From contig CAXXNO010000004.1 in NCBI GenBank assembly GCA_963663235.2, positions 640,001-704,000 on the forward strand: a DNA stretch of 64,000 nt, given 5' to 3'. Position numbers and translations under genes: made by a program. Source of the stretch: Dehalococcoidia bacterium (GTDB lineage Bacteria > Chloroflexota > Dehalococcoidia > Bin125). This document shows positions 52,808 through 62,921 of this stretch, one piece after another (position 1 is the first letter of the stretch; each line of letters starts with the position of its first letter). The notes beneath the pieces were generated by a model, which did no database searches, had not been told where the DNA came from, and was given only the letters and a program-made list of their open reading frames with translations.

Positions 52808-53491
52808 TCACGGGTGGCTCCTCGAAGCACCAGCGACGCGATCACCGTGACTGGCTTCGCCGTAAAGTCGAGCCGCTGTGACTGCGATCCATGTCAGGAG
52901 TGCCGCCGCGAAGATGCGCTCAACGAGGCCGTCGATGGATTCCGCTCCCGCCGCCCTGGTCGCCATGAAGCCTGCGAGGCCCACGAAGGCGACGAACGCG
53001 GCGCCGCGAGTGAATGAGGCGTGGGAATCGCCACCGCGGATCGCCCCGCCAGCGGCGCGCGAGCACGAGCATGCCCGCGATCGCTGCCACGAACCCGCCG
53101 ACGCCGCTGATATTGTGCAGCAGGCCCACCGTCGTTTGGCCGTCGCAACCGAGGTCGCATGGCAAGAGGCCGTTGGCGATCGCGCCCGACAGACCGAAAA
53201 GCCCACGAGCCCCGGTCCGAGCGGGGGCCCGCCGAGTACGCGAGCGAGCGCCCACGAGAAGCCGAGCACGAGCACGCCGATCATGATGAAATTGAAATTC
53301 TGGAGGGCAGCGTACTCGGCACCCTCCCCACCGAGCTCGCTGATCGCCTGACCGGCATGGCTGTATCCGTCGTATAAGAGGCCACCTGCGACCACGATTG
53401 GGACGAACAGCAGCGGCCCGGCCACGCCACCAAGCGCTAGCAAGCGCACCGTCCGGTTAGAGCCCGTCGCGTTTTGAACGCGCTTCTGCAT
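52808..53491 (-). CDS. DUF998-family membrane protein with two compensating frameshifts
   Basis: GYSH..QAISELG and GLVERI motifs; the middle (LPCDLGC...LLHN) lies in another frame between about 53200 and 53027. Confidence 0.75.
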   Translation of the reverse strand: MQKRVQNATGSNRTVRLLALGGVAGPLLFVPIVVAGGLLYDGYSHAGQAISELGGEGAEYAALQNFNFIMIGVLVLGFSWALARVLGGPPLGPGLVGFSVCRARSPTASCHATSVATAKRRWACCTISAASAGSWQRSRACSCSRAAGGAIRGGDSHASFTRGAAFVAFVGLAGFMATRAAGAESIDGLVERIFAAALLTWIAVTAARLYGEASHGDRVAGASRSHP

Positions 53492-53577
53492 CGTCGCCCC
53501 CTTTTATGGCATGCCGCACTAATTATTATAGTCTACTCTCTTGGATATGAGTCGCTCCTGTCAAGTATGATCGCCCC

Positions 53578-54207
53578 ATGACTGGCAGTCGCCCGTATCG
53601 ATCGACGCTTCGCGACAAGCGCGCCCGAGAGACGAGGCTCCAAATCCGCCGAAGCGCGCGGGAGCTGTTCGCGGCGCGAGGGTTCGCCGGCACGACGATC
53701 GCTCAGATCGCCGAAGAGGCCGGCGTCTCGCTGCAGACGGTCTACGCCGTATTCGGGGGCAAGGCGGGCATCGTTGGCGCGATGCTCGAAGACCTCGATC
53801 AGTCCGCGGACCAAGATGCGTGGCTCGCTCGCATAGCCGCTGAGGAGAATCCACGGCGGCAGCTTCGGCTGTTCGCGTCTTTCAACCGCACGCTGTTCGA
53901 GGCAGGAGCGCCGATTTTCCGCGCGATCATGGCAGCGAGGACCGAGGCCGATGTCGCCGCGGTCGCGGAGCGCGGGGACCGCAAGCGACGCGAAGGAACC
54001 TCCCAGCTCGTCGCCGTGCTGGCGAGTAAGGGCGCCCTCCGCGAAGGCCTGAAACCCCGCGACGCCGCCGACCGTCTCTGGCTCCTGACCAGTGCGGAGC
54101 AGTACATGCTGGCTGCGGACGGACTCAGCTGGTCGCCTTCGCGCTACGAGCGATGGCTCGGCGACCTCCTCGAGGCGGAGCTGCTAGATCCTGCTCTCCT
54201 CGACTAA
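53578..54207 (+). CDS. TetR/AcrR family regulator, probably leaderless
   Basis: ARELFAARGFAGTTIAQIAEEAGVSLQTVYAVFGGK; TATGAT 6 nt before ATG. Confidence 0.92.
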   Translation: MTGSRPYRSTLRDKRARETRLQIRRSARELFAARGFAGTTIAQIAEEAGVSLQTVYAVFGGKAGIVGAMLEDLDQSADQDAWLARIAAEENPRRQLRLFASFNRTLFEAGAPIFRAIMAARTEADVAAVAERGDRKRREGTSQLVAVLASKGALREGLKPRDAADRLWLLTSAEQYMLAADGLSWSPSRYERWLGDLLEAELLDPALLD

Positions 54208-54279
54208 CGCGCGCCCCAAACGCCATCGTCGAGCGGGTGATCGGCACGCTGGATGCAGCAGGGTGCAGTCCGTCGTCGC

Positions 54280-54617
54280 TATTACAGTCAGACTCTCGCC
54301 CGTTCACGGCCACGGCCGTGCGCGACTGGCTTGGCCGGATCGGCGTGACCACCCTCTTCATCGAGCCGGGCAGTCCCTGGGAGAACGGCTATGTGGAGTC
54401 CTTCAACGGTAAGCTGCGCGACAAGTGCCTCAACCGCGAACGCCTCGACACGCTTCTCGAAGCCCAAGTGCTCATCGAAGGTTGGCGGGGGGAATACAAC
54501 CAGATCCGGCCCCACCGTGCGTTGGGCTACCGCCCCCCGGCCCCCGAAACCCAGCAATCCCGGGGCGCCAGAGGACGGCCGACCGGGACGACTCACAAGC
54601 ACCCACACTCAATCTAA
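54280..54617 (+). mobile_element. IS3-family orfB (DDE integrase core) C-terminal fragment
   Basis: FIEPGSPWENGYVESFNGKLRD.CLN...W..EYN..RPH.ALGY.PP. Confidence 0.88.
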
Positions 54618-54651
54618 TATTCGTGCCATACCGGAACGGGAAGGAGGACTC

Positions 54652-56001
54652 ATGACGGGAGCAGCGGAGGCGGAGTTGGACCAATTTATGGGCGGCCTGG
54701 AGAAGCGGAACCCAGGCGAACCAGAGTTCCATCAGGCCGTCCGAGAGTTCGCCGAGACGATCATGCCGTTCCTCGAGGAGCATCCCGAATACCGCGATGC
54801 CCAGATCCTGGAGCGCATGACCGAGCCCGACCGAATCGTAACCTTCCGAGTGAGCTGGGAGGATCAAGCGGGCCACGTCCGCGTCAACCGGGGCACCCGT
54901 GTCCAGTTCAACAACGCGATTGGGCCGTACAAGGGCGGGATTCGCTTCCATCCCTCTGTGACGCTCAGCGTCCTGAAGTTTCTCGGCTTCGAGCAGACCT
55001 TCAAGAACTCTCTGACGACGCTGCCCATGGGTGGCGCCAAAGGCGGAGCGAACTTCAACCCGAAGGGCAAGTCCGACCGCGAGATCATGCGTTTCTGCCA
55101 GGCCTTCATGACCCAGCTCTGGCGACATATCGGCGCCAACGTTGACATTCCCGCCGGTGATATCGGGGTCGGAGCCCGCGAGGTCGGCTACCTGTTCGGG
55201 CAGTACAAGCGGCTTGCGGGCGAGTTCACTGGAGCCATCACCGGCAAGGGCCTCGCCTTCGGTGGAAGCCTCATCCGCACCGAGGCTACCGGCTACGGCA
55301 ACGTTTACCTCACCGCAGAGATGCTTGCCCGCCGCGGTGACGGGATAGAGGGGAAGACCTGCCTCGTCTCCGGCTCCGGCAACGTCGCTCAGTTCACCGT
55401 AGAGAAGGCGACGGAACTCGGCGGTAAGGTCGTCACGCTTTCGGACTCCTCAGGGTTCGTGCACGATCCGGACGGCATAGACGCCGAGAAACTTGCGTTC
55501 GTGATGGAGCTCAAGAACGTCCGCCGCGGCCGCATCGTGGAGTACGCGGATCGCTTCGGATGTGACTTCCACGAGGGCCTGCGACCCTGGGCCGTACCCG
55601 CCGACATCGCATTCCCCTCGGCGACGCAGAACGAGATCGACGGTGATGACGCCCGCAAACTGGTCAATAATGGCGTCCGCGTCGTGTCCGAGGGCTCGAA
55701 TATGCCGAGCACCGTCGAAGCCGTCCGCCAATTCCAATCAGCAAAGCTGCTCTATGCGCCGAGCAAGGCGGCGAACGCTGGCGGCGTCGCCGTTAGCGGC
55801 CTAGAACAGACGCAGAACGCCATGCGGCTGCAGTGGAGCCGCGACGAAGTGGATTCGCGGCTGAAGTCGATCATGCGAGAAATCCACGACCAGTGTGTCG
55901 AGTACGGCGATGACGGTGAACACGTTGACTATGTGCGCGGGGCCAACCTCGCGGGGTTCGTGAAGGTGGCGGATGCCATGCTTGCGCAAGGAGTGATGTG
56001 A
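54652..56001 (+). CDS. gdhA: NADP-specific glutamate dehydrogenase
   Basis: GPYKGGIRFHP, MGGAKGG, PAGDIGVG, GSGNVAQ and KAANAGGV motifs. Confidence 0.96.
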   Translation: MTGAAEAELDQFMGGLEKRNPGEPEFHQAVREFAETIMPFLEEHPEYRDAQILERMTEPDRIVTFRVSWEDQAGHVRVNRGTRVQFNNAIGPYKGGIRFHPSVTLSVLKFLGFEQTFKNSLTTLPMGGAKGGANFNPKGKSDREIMRFCQAFMTQLWRHIGANVDIPAGDIGVGAREVGYLFGQYKRLAGEFTGAITGKGLAFGGSLIRTEATGYGNVYLTAEMLARRGDGIEGKTCLVSGSGNVAQFTVEKATELGGKVVTLSDSSGFVHDPDGIDAEKLAFVMELKNVRRGRIVEYADRFGCDFHEGLRPWAVPADIAFPSATQNEIDGDDARKLVNNGVRVVSEGSNMPSTVEAVRQFQSAKLLYAPSKAANAGGVAVSGLEQTQNAMRLQWSRDEVDSRLKSIMREIHDQCVEYGDDGEHVDYVRGANLAGFVKVADAMLAQGVM

Positions 56002-56017
56002 GAGTGGGAACAGGAAG

Positions 56018-57871
56018 GTGACCTTGTCGAGAGAACTCCCGCTCGCGGCCGCGCCGGAGAGCGCCGCGAAACCCAAGATCGATCCGATTCAGCTGCTGGT
56101 GATGGCCAACCGGGTGGACGGGATCACCCGCGAGATGACCAACACGCTCGTGCGCACCACCCAATCCGCCACCCTCGCCGCCCGCGACCTCTCCACGTCC
56201 GTCTCCACCGCCCAACACGAACTGTTCACCGCCCCCGAAGGCATCCCCGTCCACGTCTACGGCTCCGGCCTCCTCTGCGAGACCATGGCCGACCTCCACC
56301 CCGACTTCAAAGAGGGCGACGCTTTCCTCCACAACGACCCCTACCTCGGCAACACCCACCCCGCCGACCACACCGTCCTCGTCCCGGTGTTTTACGAGGG
56401 TGAGCACATCTTCACCATGTGCGTCAAAGCGCACCTGGCGGATATCGGCGATGCCCTCCCCACCACCTACATGCCCAACGCGATCGACGTCTACGCCGAG
56501 GGCGCCCTCATCTTCCCCTGCGTCCGCATCCAGGAGCACTACCAGGATGTGCCGGACATCATCCGCATGTGCGAGAAGCGCATCCGCGTCCCCGAGATCT
56601 GGTACGGCGACTATGTGGCCATGATCGCGGCGGCGCGGGTCGGCGAGCAGGGCGTCAAAGAGTTCTGCGCCAAGTTCAGCCTGGAGACCGTGAAGACCTT
56701 CGTGCGCGAATGGCTCGACTACTCCGAGCGCCTCGCCACAGCCGCCATCCGACGCCTTCCCGCCGGCCGCCTCCACGCCAGCTCCACCTTCGACCCCTTC
56801 CCCTACGTCCCCGAGGGCCTGGATCTCCAAGCCGACATCGACGTCGACCCGGACGCGGGCCACGTCACCGTGGACCTCCGTGACAACCCGGACTGCGTCC
56901 CCGCAGGGCTCAACCTCAGCCGCGCCACCGCCACGAACGGCGGCATCTCCGGGGTCCTCATGGTCCTCAACTCCATGCCGGACGTGCAGACTCAGGTCCC
57001 CAACAACGCCGGCACCTTCCGCCGCATCCATGTGCTGCTCCGCGAGAGCTGCGTCGTGGGCATCCCTGTCCACCCCACCTCCTGTTCCATGGCCACCAGC
57101 AGCGTTGCCGCTCACGTCGAGAGCATGATCGAGTCCGCCTTCGCCCGCTTGCGGGACGGCATCGGCCTGGCGGAGCCCGCCCGGGGACAGGGGCCGTGGA
57201 TGGCGGTCGTCTCCGGGTTGGACCGGCTGCACAACCAGCCCTATACCCTCTCGCTGTTCACCGGCAGCGCCGGCGGCCCCGGTGGCCCCGAGTTCGACGG
57301 CTGGCTGACGTTCCTGATGGCCGGCTCGGCCGGCCTGCAATACATCGACGCCACCGAGCTGCTCGATCAGAAATACCCCTACGTCGTCTTCGACATGCGC
57401 GTCCGGCCGGACTCCGAAGGCGCGGGGCGGCAACGCGGTGCGCCCGGGGTCATCACGATCTACGGCCCGCTCTACGATCCCCAAGAGGTCCACTACTCGA
57501 TGGACGGCATGATCAACGTCCCCAAAGGCGTCCAGGGAGGCGGCCCCGCCCGCGGACCCGCCGCTCAGCTGATCGACCGCCGTGGCGTCACCCGCGACCT
57601 GCCGGACATCGTCGGTGAACAGACAGTCCAGGCCGGAGAGCGCATCGTCTCCCTCTCCTCGGGCGGGGGCGGCTACGGCGATCCCCTGACTCGTGACGCG
57701 GAGGCCGTCCTGCGCGACGTCGTCGAGGGCTTCATCACCATCGACCGCGCCCGCGCCGCCTACGGCGTCGTCATCATGGGCGATTACGAGCGGGTCGAGA
57801 CGCTCGTCGTCGATGGTGAGGCCACGGCCGCGGCACGCGTCGCACGACGCCCCCCGTTCGCCCAAGCGTAA
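56018..57871 (+). CDS. Hydantoinase B/oxoprolinase family protein (paralog 1)
   Basis: HNDPYLGNTHPAD, AHLADIG, DSEGAGRQRG and SGGGGYGDP motifs. Confidence 0.92.
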   Translation: MTLSRELPLAAAPESAAKPKIDPIQLLVMANRVDGITREMTNTLVRTTQSATLAARDLSTSVSTAQHELFTAPEGIPVHVYGSGLLCETMADLHPDFKEGDAFLHNDPYLGNTHPADHTVLVPVFYEGEHIFTMCVKAHLADIGDALPTTYMPNAIDVYAEGALIFPCVRIQEHYQDVPDIIRMCEKRIRVPEIWYGDYVAMIAAARVGEQGVKEFCAKFSLETVKTFVREWLDYSERLATAAIRRLPAGRLHASSTFDPFPYVPEGLDLQADIDVDPDAGHVTVDLRDNPDCVPAGLNLSRATATNGGISGVLMVLNSMPDVQTQVPNNAGTFRRIHVLLRESCVVGIPVHPTSCSMATSSVAAHVESMIESAFARLRDGIGLAEPARGQGPWMAVVSGLDRLHNQPYTLSLFTGSAGGPGGPEFDGWLTFLMAGSAGLQYIDATELLDQKYPYVVFDMRVRPDSEGAGRQRGAPGVITIYGPLYDPQEVHYSMDGMINVPKGVQGGGPARGPAAQLIDRRGVTRDLPDIVGEQTVQAGERIVSLSSGGGGYGDPLTRDAEAVLRDVVEGFITIDRARAAYGVVIMGDYERVETLVVDGEATAAARVARRPPFAQA

Positions 57872-58185
57872 CGGCGCCCGCGCGGACTTGCCTTCCCGTC
57901 GAAGCGGAGCGTCCATGGACAGCGCGATGGACGCCGACGGTCTCGTCGGGACGCCAAACTTTCATCTGTTCTAATTTCTCGTGCCGACGAGGCGCACGCG
58001 GACGTTCCGTCACCGCGAAATCAGAACGGATGCATTTTCCGGCTCCACTGCCTGCCGTGCTCGTGCCGGGCCCGCTCAGGCATTAGGGTGAAAGTGCGGA
58101 GTCCTAGGGCGAGAACGCGCGCTTCGATTGCGGCGTCCACTGGGACCGGGACTCGGTTGTGGGATGAGCACAGGAGGATCCGGAG

Positions 58186-58551
58186 ATGCAGATCATCCAC
58201 TCCGCCGAAGGCGAGACCGTGGAGCGTTCCACGCTCGATATCTTCGAGGGCGGCCAAGTCTGGGCGCGCGGGCTCACGGGAAGCGAGGGGAGTCGAGATT
58301 TCAACGTCACTCTCGTCCAATTCGCCGCCGGCGCCCGCACCGTCATGCATCGGCACGGCAGCGACCAGATGCTGTACGTGATCGCGGGGATCGGCAAGGT
58401 CGGGGACGCTACCGGAGAGAACGTGATCAGCATCGGCGACTCCGTCGTCATCCCTGCCAACACCGACCACTGGCACGGCGCTCACGACACGGGCTCGCCC
58501 ATGTCCCACATCAGCGTCACGGCGGCGGCAAGTGAGACCACGCTGAGCTAA
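58186..58551 (+). CDS. Cupin domain protein
   Basis: FAAGARTVMHRH..DQMLYV and HWHGA motifs. Confidence 0.9.
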   Translation: MQIIHSAEGETVERSTLDIFEGGQVWARGLTGSEGSRDFNVTLVQFAAGARTVMHRHGSDQMLYVIAGIGKVGDATGENVISIGDSVVIPANTDHWHGAHDTGSPMSHISVTAAASETTLS

Positions 58552-58606
58552 GCGGACCCGCCGGCCGTCGAATGTGCTCCGGGCGCGCGAGGATTGGGAG
58601 GAGAGC

Positions 58607-58858
58607 GTGGAGGCCTCGATTTGCATAACGGAAGAGGTGAGCCCACCGCGCGACGCCTCGCATGGCACAGCAGATCCCATGGTGTGGCGGCGCGTTGAAT
58701 TCCACTTTCCACAGGGGAAAGCCACATTCGAACAGACCGACTACGGACACCCTGGTCGGTTCAATCCCTGGGAGCCCCGAAGCATCGCCCCGGTGCTGCA
58801 GGCGCGAACCACCGAGCTGGAGTCGGTGGCGGAGAGGGTCTTCGCCCTGCTCCGCTAG
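58607..58858 (+). CDS. Small hypothetical protein
   Basis: GGAGGAG RBS before GTG 58607; FEQTDYGHPGRFNPWE. Confidence 0.6.
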   Translation: MEASICITEEVSPPRDASHGTADPMVWRRVEFHFPQGKATFEQTDYGHPGRFNPWEPRSIAPVLQARTTELESVAERVFALLR

Positions 58859-59148
58859 GCCGACGAAACGAATCAGCGTAATGGACGCGAACTCCTGACT
58901 CGGGGTTGGCCCGCGTCGAGCACGATCCGTCGCGAGTGTCTCGACCGCGCCGGTGGTGGCCGAGCAAGCGACGGCCCTGTTCGAGGGGATCGTGTGCGGG
59001 GTCGAGGGCCCGGAGCCGCTCGGCGTGCTGCTAGACTTTCCGCTCGGCGGCAACGCAGGAGCGAGTCGAGCGGCCCGACCGATTGCTCGCGTGGATTGGC
59101 CCTGGCGCGTCGGGCGCCTCGGTGCAGGCATGAGGAGGAGATCGCCCC

Positions 59149-60966
59149 ATGGCGCCGAGCGATGCGAGCGCCACGAAACCCACGCTCGATCCGGTCCAGC
59201 TCCTGGTGATGGCCAACCGCCTCGACGGCATCGGCCGCGAGATGACCAACACCCTGGTCCGCACCGCGCGCTCCGCCACCCTGGTCGCGCGCGACTTTTC
59301 CTGCGCAATCGTCGATGCCGACCACGATCTCATCTCCGCGCCCGAGGGGATCCCCGTCCACGTCTTCGGCTCGGGGCTTCTCTGCGAGTCGATGGGGGAG
59401 CTCCACCCCGACTTCCAGGAGGGCGACGCCTTTCTCCACAACGATCCCTACCTCGGCAACACCCATCCGGCCGACCACACGATCCTGGTGCCCGTCTTCG
59501 CCGAGGGCGAGCACGTCTTCACCACCTGCGTCAAAGCGCACCAGGCCGACATCGGCAACGCGATCCCCACCACCTACACCCCGAAGGCCATCGACGTCTA
59601 CGCCGAAGGCGCGCTCATCTTTCCCTGCGTCTGGGTGCAACGCGATTATCAGGACGTCGGCGACATCATCCGCATGTGTGAGAAACGGATCCGCGTCCCC
59701 GAGATCTGGTACGGCGACTACCTGGCGATGGTGGCGGGGGCCCGCGTCGGGGAGCAGCGCCTGCAGGAGTTCTGCCGCAAGTTCGGGCTGGACACCGTCA
59801 AGCGCTTCGTCGGCGAGTGGAAGGACTACTGCGAACGGCTGGCGGAGTCGGCGATCCGAGAGCTGCCGGCCGGGCGCGTCCACGCGAGCACGGCGCTCGA
59901 TCCGTTCCCGGGCGTGCCGGAAGGCATCCCGCTGCAGGCGGAGATCGACGTCGACCCGGCCGCCGGCCGCGTGACGATCGACCTGCGCGACAACCCGGAT
60001 TGCACCCCCACCGGCCTCAATCTGAGCGAGTGCACCGCGATCAACTCCGGCATCTCGGGTGTCCTGACCGTCCTCAACTCCAAGCGCGATGCCACGGCCT
60101 CCCTGGTGCCGAACAACGCGGGGGTCTTTCGCCGCATCACCGTGCTGATCCGCGAGAACTGCGTCGTCGGGATCCCGCGACACCCCGCCTCGTGCTCCAT
60201 GGCCACCAACACGGTGGCCGATCGCGCGCTGGGCATGATCTACTCCGCCTTCGGACGTCTCGCCGACGGGATCGGGCTGGCGGAGCCCTGCTGGGGGTCG
60301 TGCCCGTTTGAAGCGGTCGTCTCCGGCTTCAACCGCAAGCGCGGGGAGCCCTACGTTTTGCAACTCTTCAGCGGCACCGCCGGCGGCCCGGCGAGCGCGG
60401 AAACCGACGGTTGGGTGACCTTTTCGATCCCCGCCGGGGGTGGTCTAGCCTACGTCGACGAGACGGAGGTGATCGAACAGAAATATCCGTTTGTGGTTTT
60501 CGAGACCAAGGTGCGCCCGGACTCGGAGGGCGCGGGGCGCCGGCGCGGGGCGCCGGGGAACATTTGCATCTACGGCCCCCTCGACGGCTCCATGGAGGCG
60601 CACTATTCCTTGGACGGCATGTTCAACGTGCCCAAGGGCGTCCAGGGCGGCGGCCCCGCGCTGCGTCCTGAGGCTTGGCTGATCGAGCAGGATGGGTCCA
60701 CGCGTTTCCTCCCCGACATCGTCGGCGAGCAGCGGATCGAGGAGGGCACGCGGCTGCTCTCGCTCTCCTCAGGCGGCGGGGGCTACGGCCAGCCGCACAC
60801 CCGCGACGCCGGAGCGGTGCTCGCCGACGTCGTCGAGGGCTACGTCACCATCGAGCGCGCCGCCGACGTCTACGGCGTCGTCGTCGCCGGCGATCCGGCG
60901 AAGGTCGAGACCCTCAGCATCGATGCCGCCGCCACGGCCGCGCGTCGCGAAAACGGAGCCCGCTGA
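59149..60966 (+). CDS. Hydantoinase B/oxoprolinase family protein (paralog 2)
   Basis: Same motifs as paralog 1; GAGGAGGAG RBS. Confidence 0.92.
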   Translation: MAPSDASATKPTLDPVQLLVMANRLDGIGREMTNTLVRTARSATLVARDFSCAIVDADHDLISAPEGIPVHVFGSGLLCESMGELHPDFQEGDAFLHNDPYLGNTHPADHTILVPVFAEGEHVFTTCVKAHQADIGNAIPTTYTPKAIDVYAEGALIFPCVWVQRDYQDVGDIIRMCEKRIRVPEIWYGDYLAMVAGARVGEQRLQEFCRKFGLDTVKRFVGEWKDYCERLAESAIRELPAGRVHASTALDPFPGVPEGIPLQAEIDVDPAAGRVTIDLRDNPDCTPTGLNLSECTAINSGISGVLTVLNSKRDATASLVPNNAGVFRRITVLIRENCVVGIPRHPASCSMATNTVADRALGMIYSAFGRLADGIGLAEPCWGSCPFEAVVSGFNRKRGEPYVLQLFSGTAGGPASAETDGWVTFSIPAGGGLAYVDETEVIEQKYPFVVFETKVRPDSEGAGRRRGAPGNICIYGPLDGSMEAHYSLDGMFNVPKGVQGGGPALRPEAWLIEQDGSTRFLPDIVGEQRIEEGTRLLSLSSGGGGYGQPHTRDAGAVLADVVEGYVTIERAADVYGVVVAGDPAKVETLSIDAAATAARRENGAR

Positions 60967-62774
60967 TGACCACCGCCACCCTCGACCCGGTGCAGCTTTT
61001 TGTCATGGCGAACCGTATCGACAGCATCACCCGTGAGATGACCAACACCCTGGTCCGCACCGCCCGGTCGGGGACGCTCGCCGCGCGTGATCTCTCCTGC
61101 TCCCTCTCCACCGCCGGGCATGAGCTCTTCGCGGCGCCCGAGGGCTGCCCGGTGCACGTCTACGGATCCGGCCTCCTCTGCGAGGCCATGCAGGAGATGC
61201 ACCCCGACTTCAAAGAGGGCGACGCCTTTTTGCACAATGATCCCTACCTCGGCAACACCCACGCGGCCGACTGGACGATCCTGGTACCGGTCTTCTATGC
61301 CGGCGAGCACATCTTCACGACCTGTGTGAAGGCGCACCAGGCCGACACCGGCAACGCCATCCGCACGACCTACTCGCCCGAGGCCGTCGATGTGTACGCC
61401 GAGGGGGCGTTGATCTTCCCGTGCGTGCGCATTCAGGAGCACTACGCAGACGTCGGCGACATCATCCGCATGTGCCAGAAGCGCATCCGCATCCCGGAGA
61501 TCTGGTACGGAGACTATCTCGCCATGATCGCGGCCGCCCGGGTGGGCGAGCAGGGGATCCAGGCCTTCTGCCGCAAGTTCGGGCTGGAGACGGTGAAGAC
61601 CTTCGTCCGCGAGTGGCTGGACTACTCCGAGCGCATGACCATGGCGGCGATCCGCGAACTGCCGGCCGGCGAGGCCGAGGCGTGGAGCACGGTGGATCCG
61701 TTCCCCAGCCTCCCCGATGGCATCCCGCTGCACGCCAAGATCGCGGTCGACCCAGAGGCCGCGCGCGTCACGGTCGACTTCCGCGACAACCCGGACTGCA
61801 CGCCCACCGGCTTGAATCAGAGCCGCGCCACCGCCACGACCGCCGCCGTCTCCGGCATCCTGCACATCCTCAACGCGCGCCCGGAAGCCAAAGTGGAGGT
61901 CGCGCCCAACAACGGTGGCAGCTTCCGTCGCTTCGATGTGCTGTTACGCGAGAACTGCGTGCTGGGGATCCCGGTCCATCCCTACTCCTGCTCCATGGCC
62001 ACCTCCACGGTCTTGGAGCGCGCCATGGGCATGGTCTTCGCCGCCTTCGCTCGGCTCGCCGACGGCGTGGGCCTGGGCGAGCCGGCCTGGGGCCTGGCGC
62101 CCTACGACGGCGTGGTGTCCGGCTTCGACCGGCGGCGCGGCGAGCCCTACATGTTGCAGGTCTTCAGTGGCACCGCCGGCGGCCCCGCCGGGCCGCAATC
62201 CGACGGCTGGCTCACGCTGGTCGGCGCGGGAGCCGGCGGCGTCCTGTACATCGATTCCGCCGAGGTCATCGAACAGAAGTACCCCTACGTGCTCTGGGAG
62301 AAAAAGCTCCGCGTCGATTCCGAAGGGGCCGGCCGCCAACGCGGGGCGCCGGGCAATATTTGCAGCTACGGTCCGCTCGTGGACCCGATGGACGTCTACT
62401 ACTCGCTCGACGGGATGTTCAACCCGCCGCAAGGCGTGCGCGGGGGCGGCCCCACGCAAGGGCCCGGCGCGCACCTGCGAGAGGCAAGCGGCTCGACGCG
62501 CGTCCTTCCGGAACTCGTCGGTGAACAGCGGCTGGAGCCCGGGGAGCGGATCGTGGGCCTCTCCGCCGGCGGCGGCGGCTACGGCGATGCCCTGACTCGT
62601 GACGTGGAGGCCGTCCTGCGCGACGTCGTCGAGGGCTTCATCACCGTCGGCCGCGCGCGCGCCGTCTACGCCGTCGTCCTCACCGGCGACTCGGCGAAGG
62701 TCGAGACGCTCTCTATCGACCGCCAAGGCACCGCGGCCCGCCGCCAGGAAGACGGGCGATGCAGTACGGCCTGA
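60966..62774 (+). CDS. Hydantoinase B/oxoprolinase family protein (paralog 3)
   Basis: TGATG overlap with paralog 2; same motifs. Confidence 0.92.
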   Translation: MTTATLDPVQLFVMANRIDSITREMTNTLVRTARSGTLAARDLSCSLSTAGHELFAAPEGCPVHVYGSGLLCEAMQEMHPDFKEGDAFLHNDPYLGNTHAADWTILVPVFYAGEHIFTTCVKAHQADTGNAIRTTYSPEAVDVYAEGALIFPCVRIQEHYADVGDIIRMCQKRIRIPEIWYGDYLAMIAAARVGEQGIQAFCRKFGLETVKTFVREWLDYSERMTMAAIRELPAGEAEAWSTVDPFPSLPDGIPLHAKIAVDPEAARVTVDFRDNPDCTPTGLNQSRATATTAAVSGILHILNARPEAKVEVAPNNGGSFRRFDVLLRENCVLGIPVHPYSCSMATSTVLERAMGMVFAAFARLADGVGLGEPAWGLAPYDGVVSGFDRRRGEPYMLQVFSGTAGGPAGPQSDGWLTLVGAGAGGVLYIDSAEVIEQKYPYVLWEKKLRVDSEGAGRQRGAPGNICSYGPLVDPMDVYYSLDGMFNPPQGVRGGGPTQGPGAHLREASGSTRVLPELVGEQRLEPGERIVGLSAGGGGYGDALTRDVEAVLRDVVEGFITVGRARAVYAVVLTGDSAKVETLSIDRQGTAARRQEDGRCSTA

Positions 62775-62921
62775 TGATGCTGAGCTCGCGCGAGCCGATC
62801 TCGCGCTTCGCGACGATCGCGCGGCGGCGGCCCGTCGACACGCCCGCGCGCGCCTGGCATCATGCGGGCCCAGGGGTCGCCGTCGCGCGGCCCTGAATGG
62901 CAAGGGAAGGGACGCGCGAGG

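Noticed and set aside
58826-58839. GTGGCGGAGAGGGT, identical to the 3' end of tRNA-Ser (15186-15199), as a possible att site
   Set aside because: It lies inside a CDS on the upstream side of the tRNA, 43 kb away, with core genes between and no integrase.
58860-58920. CGAAAC-containing intergenic segment as a hammerhead ribozyme
   Set aside because: No correctly placed CUGAnGA core with flanking stems.
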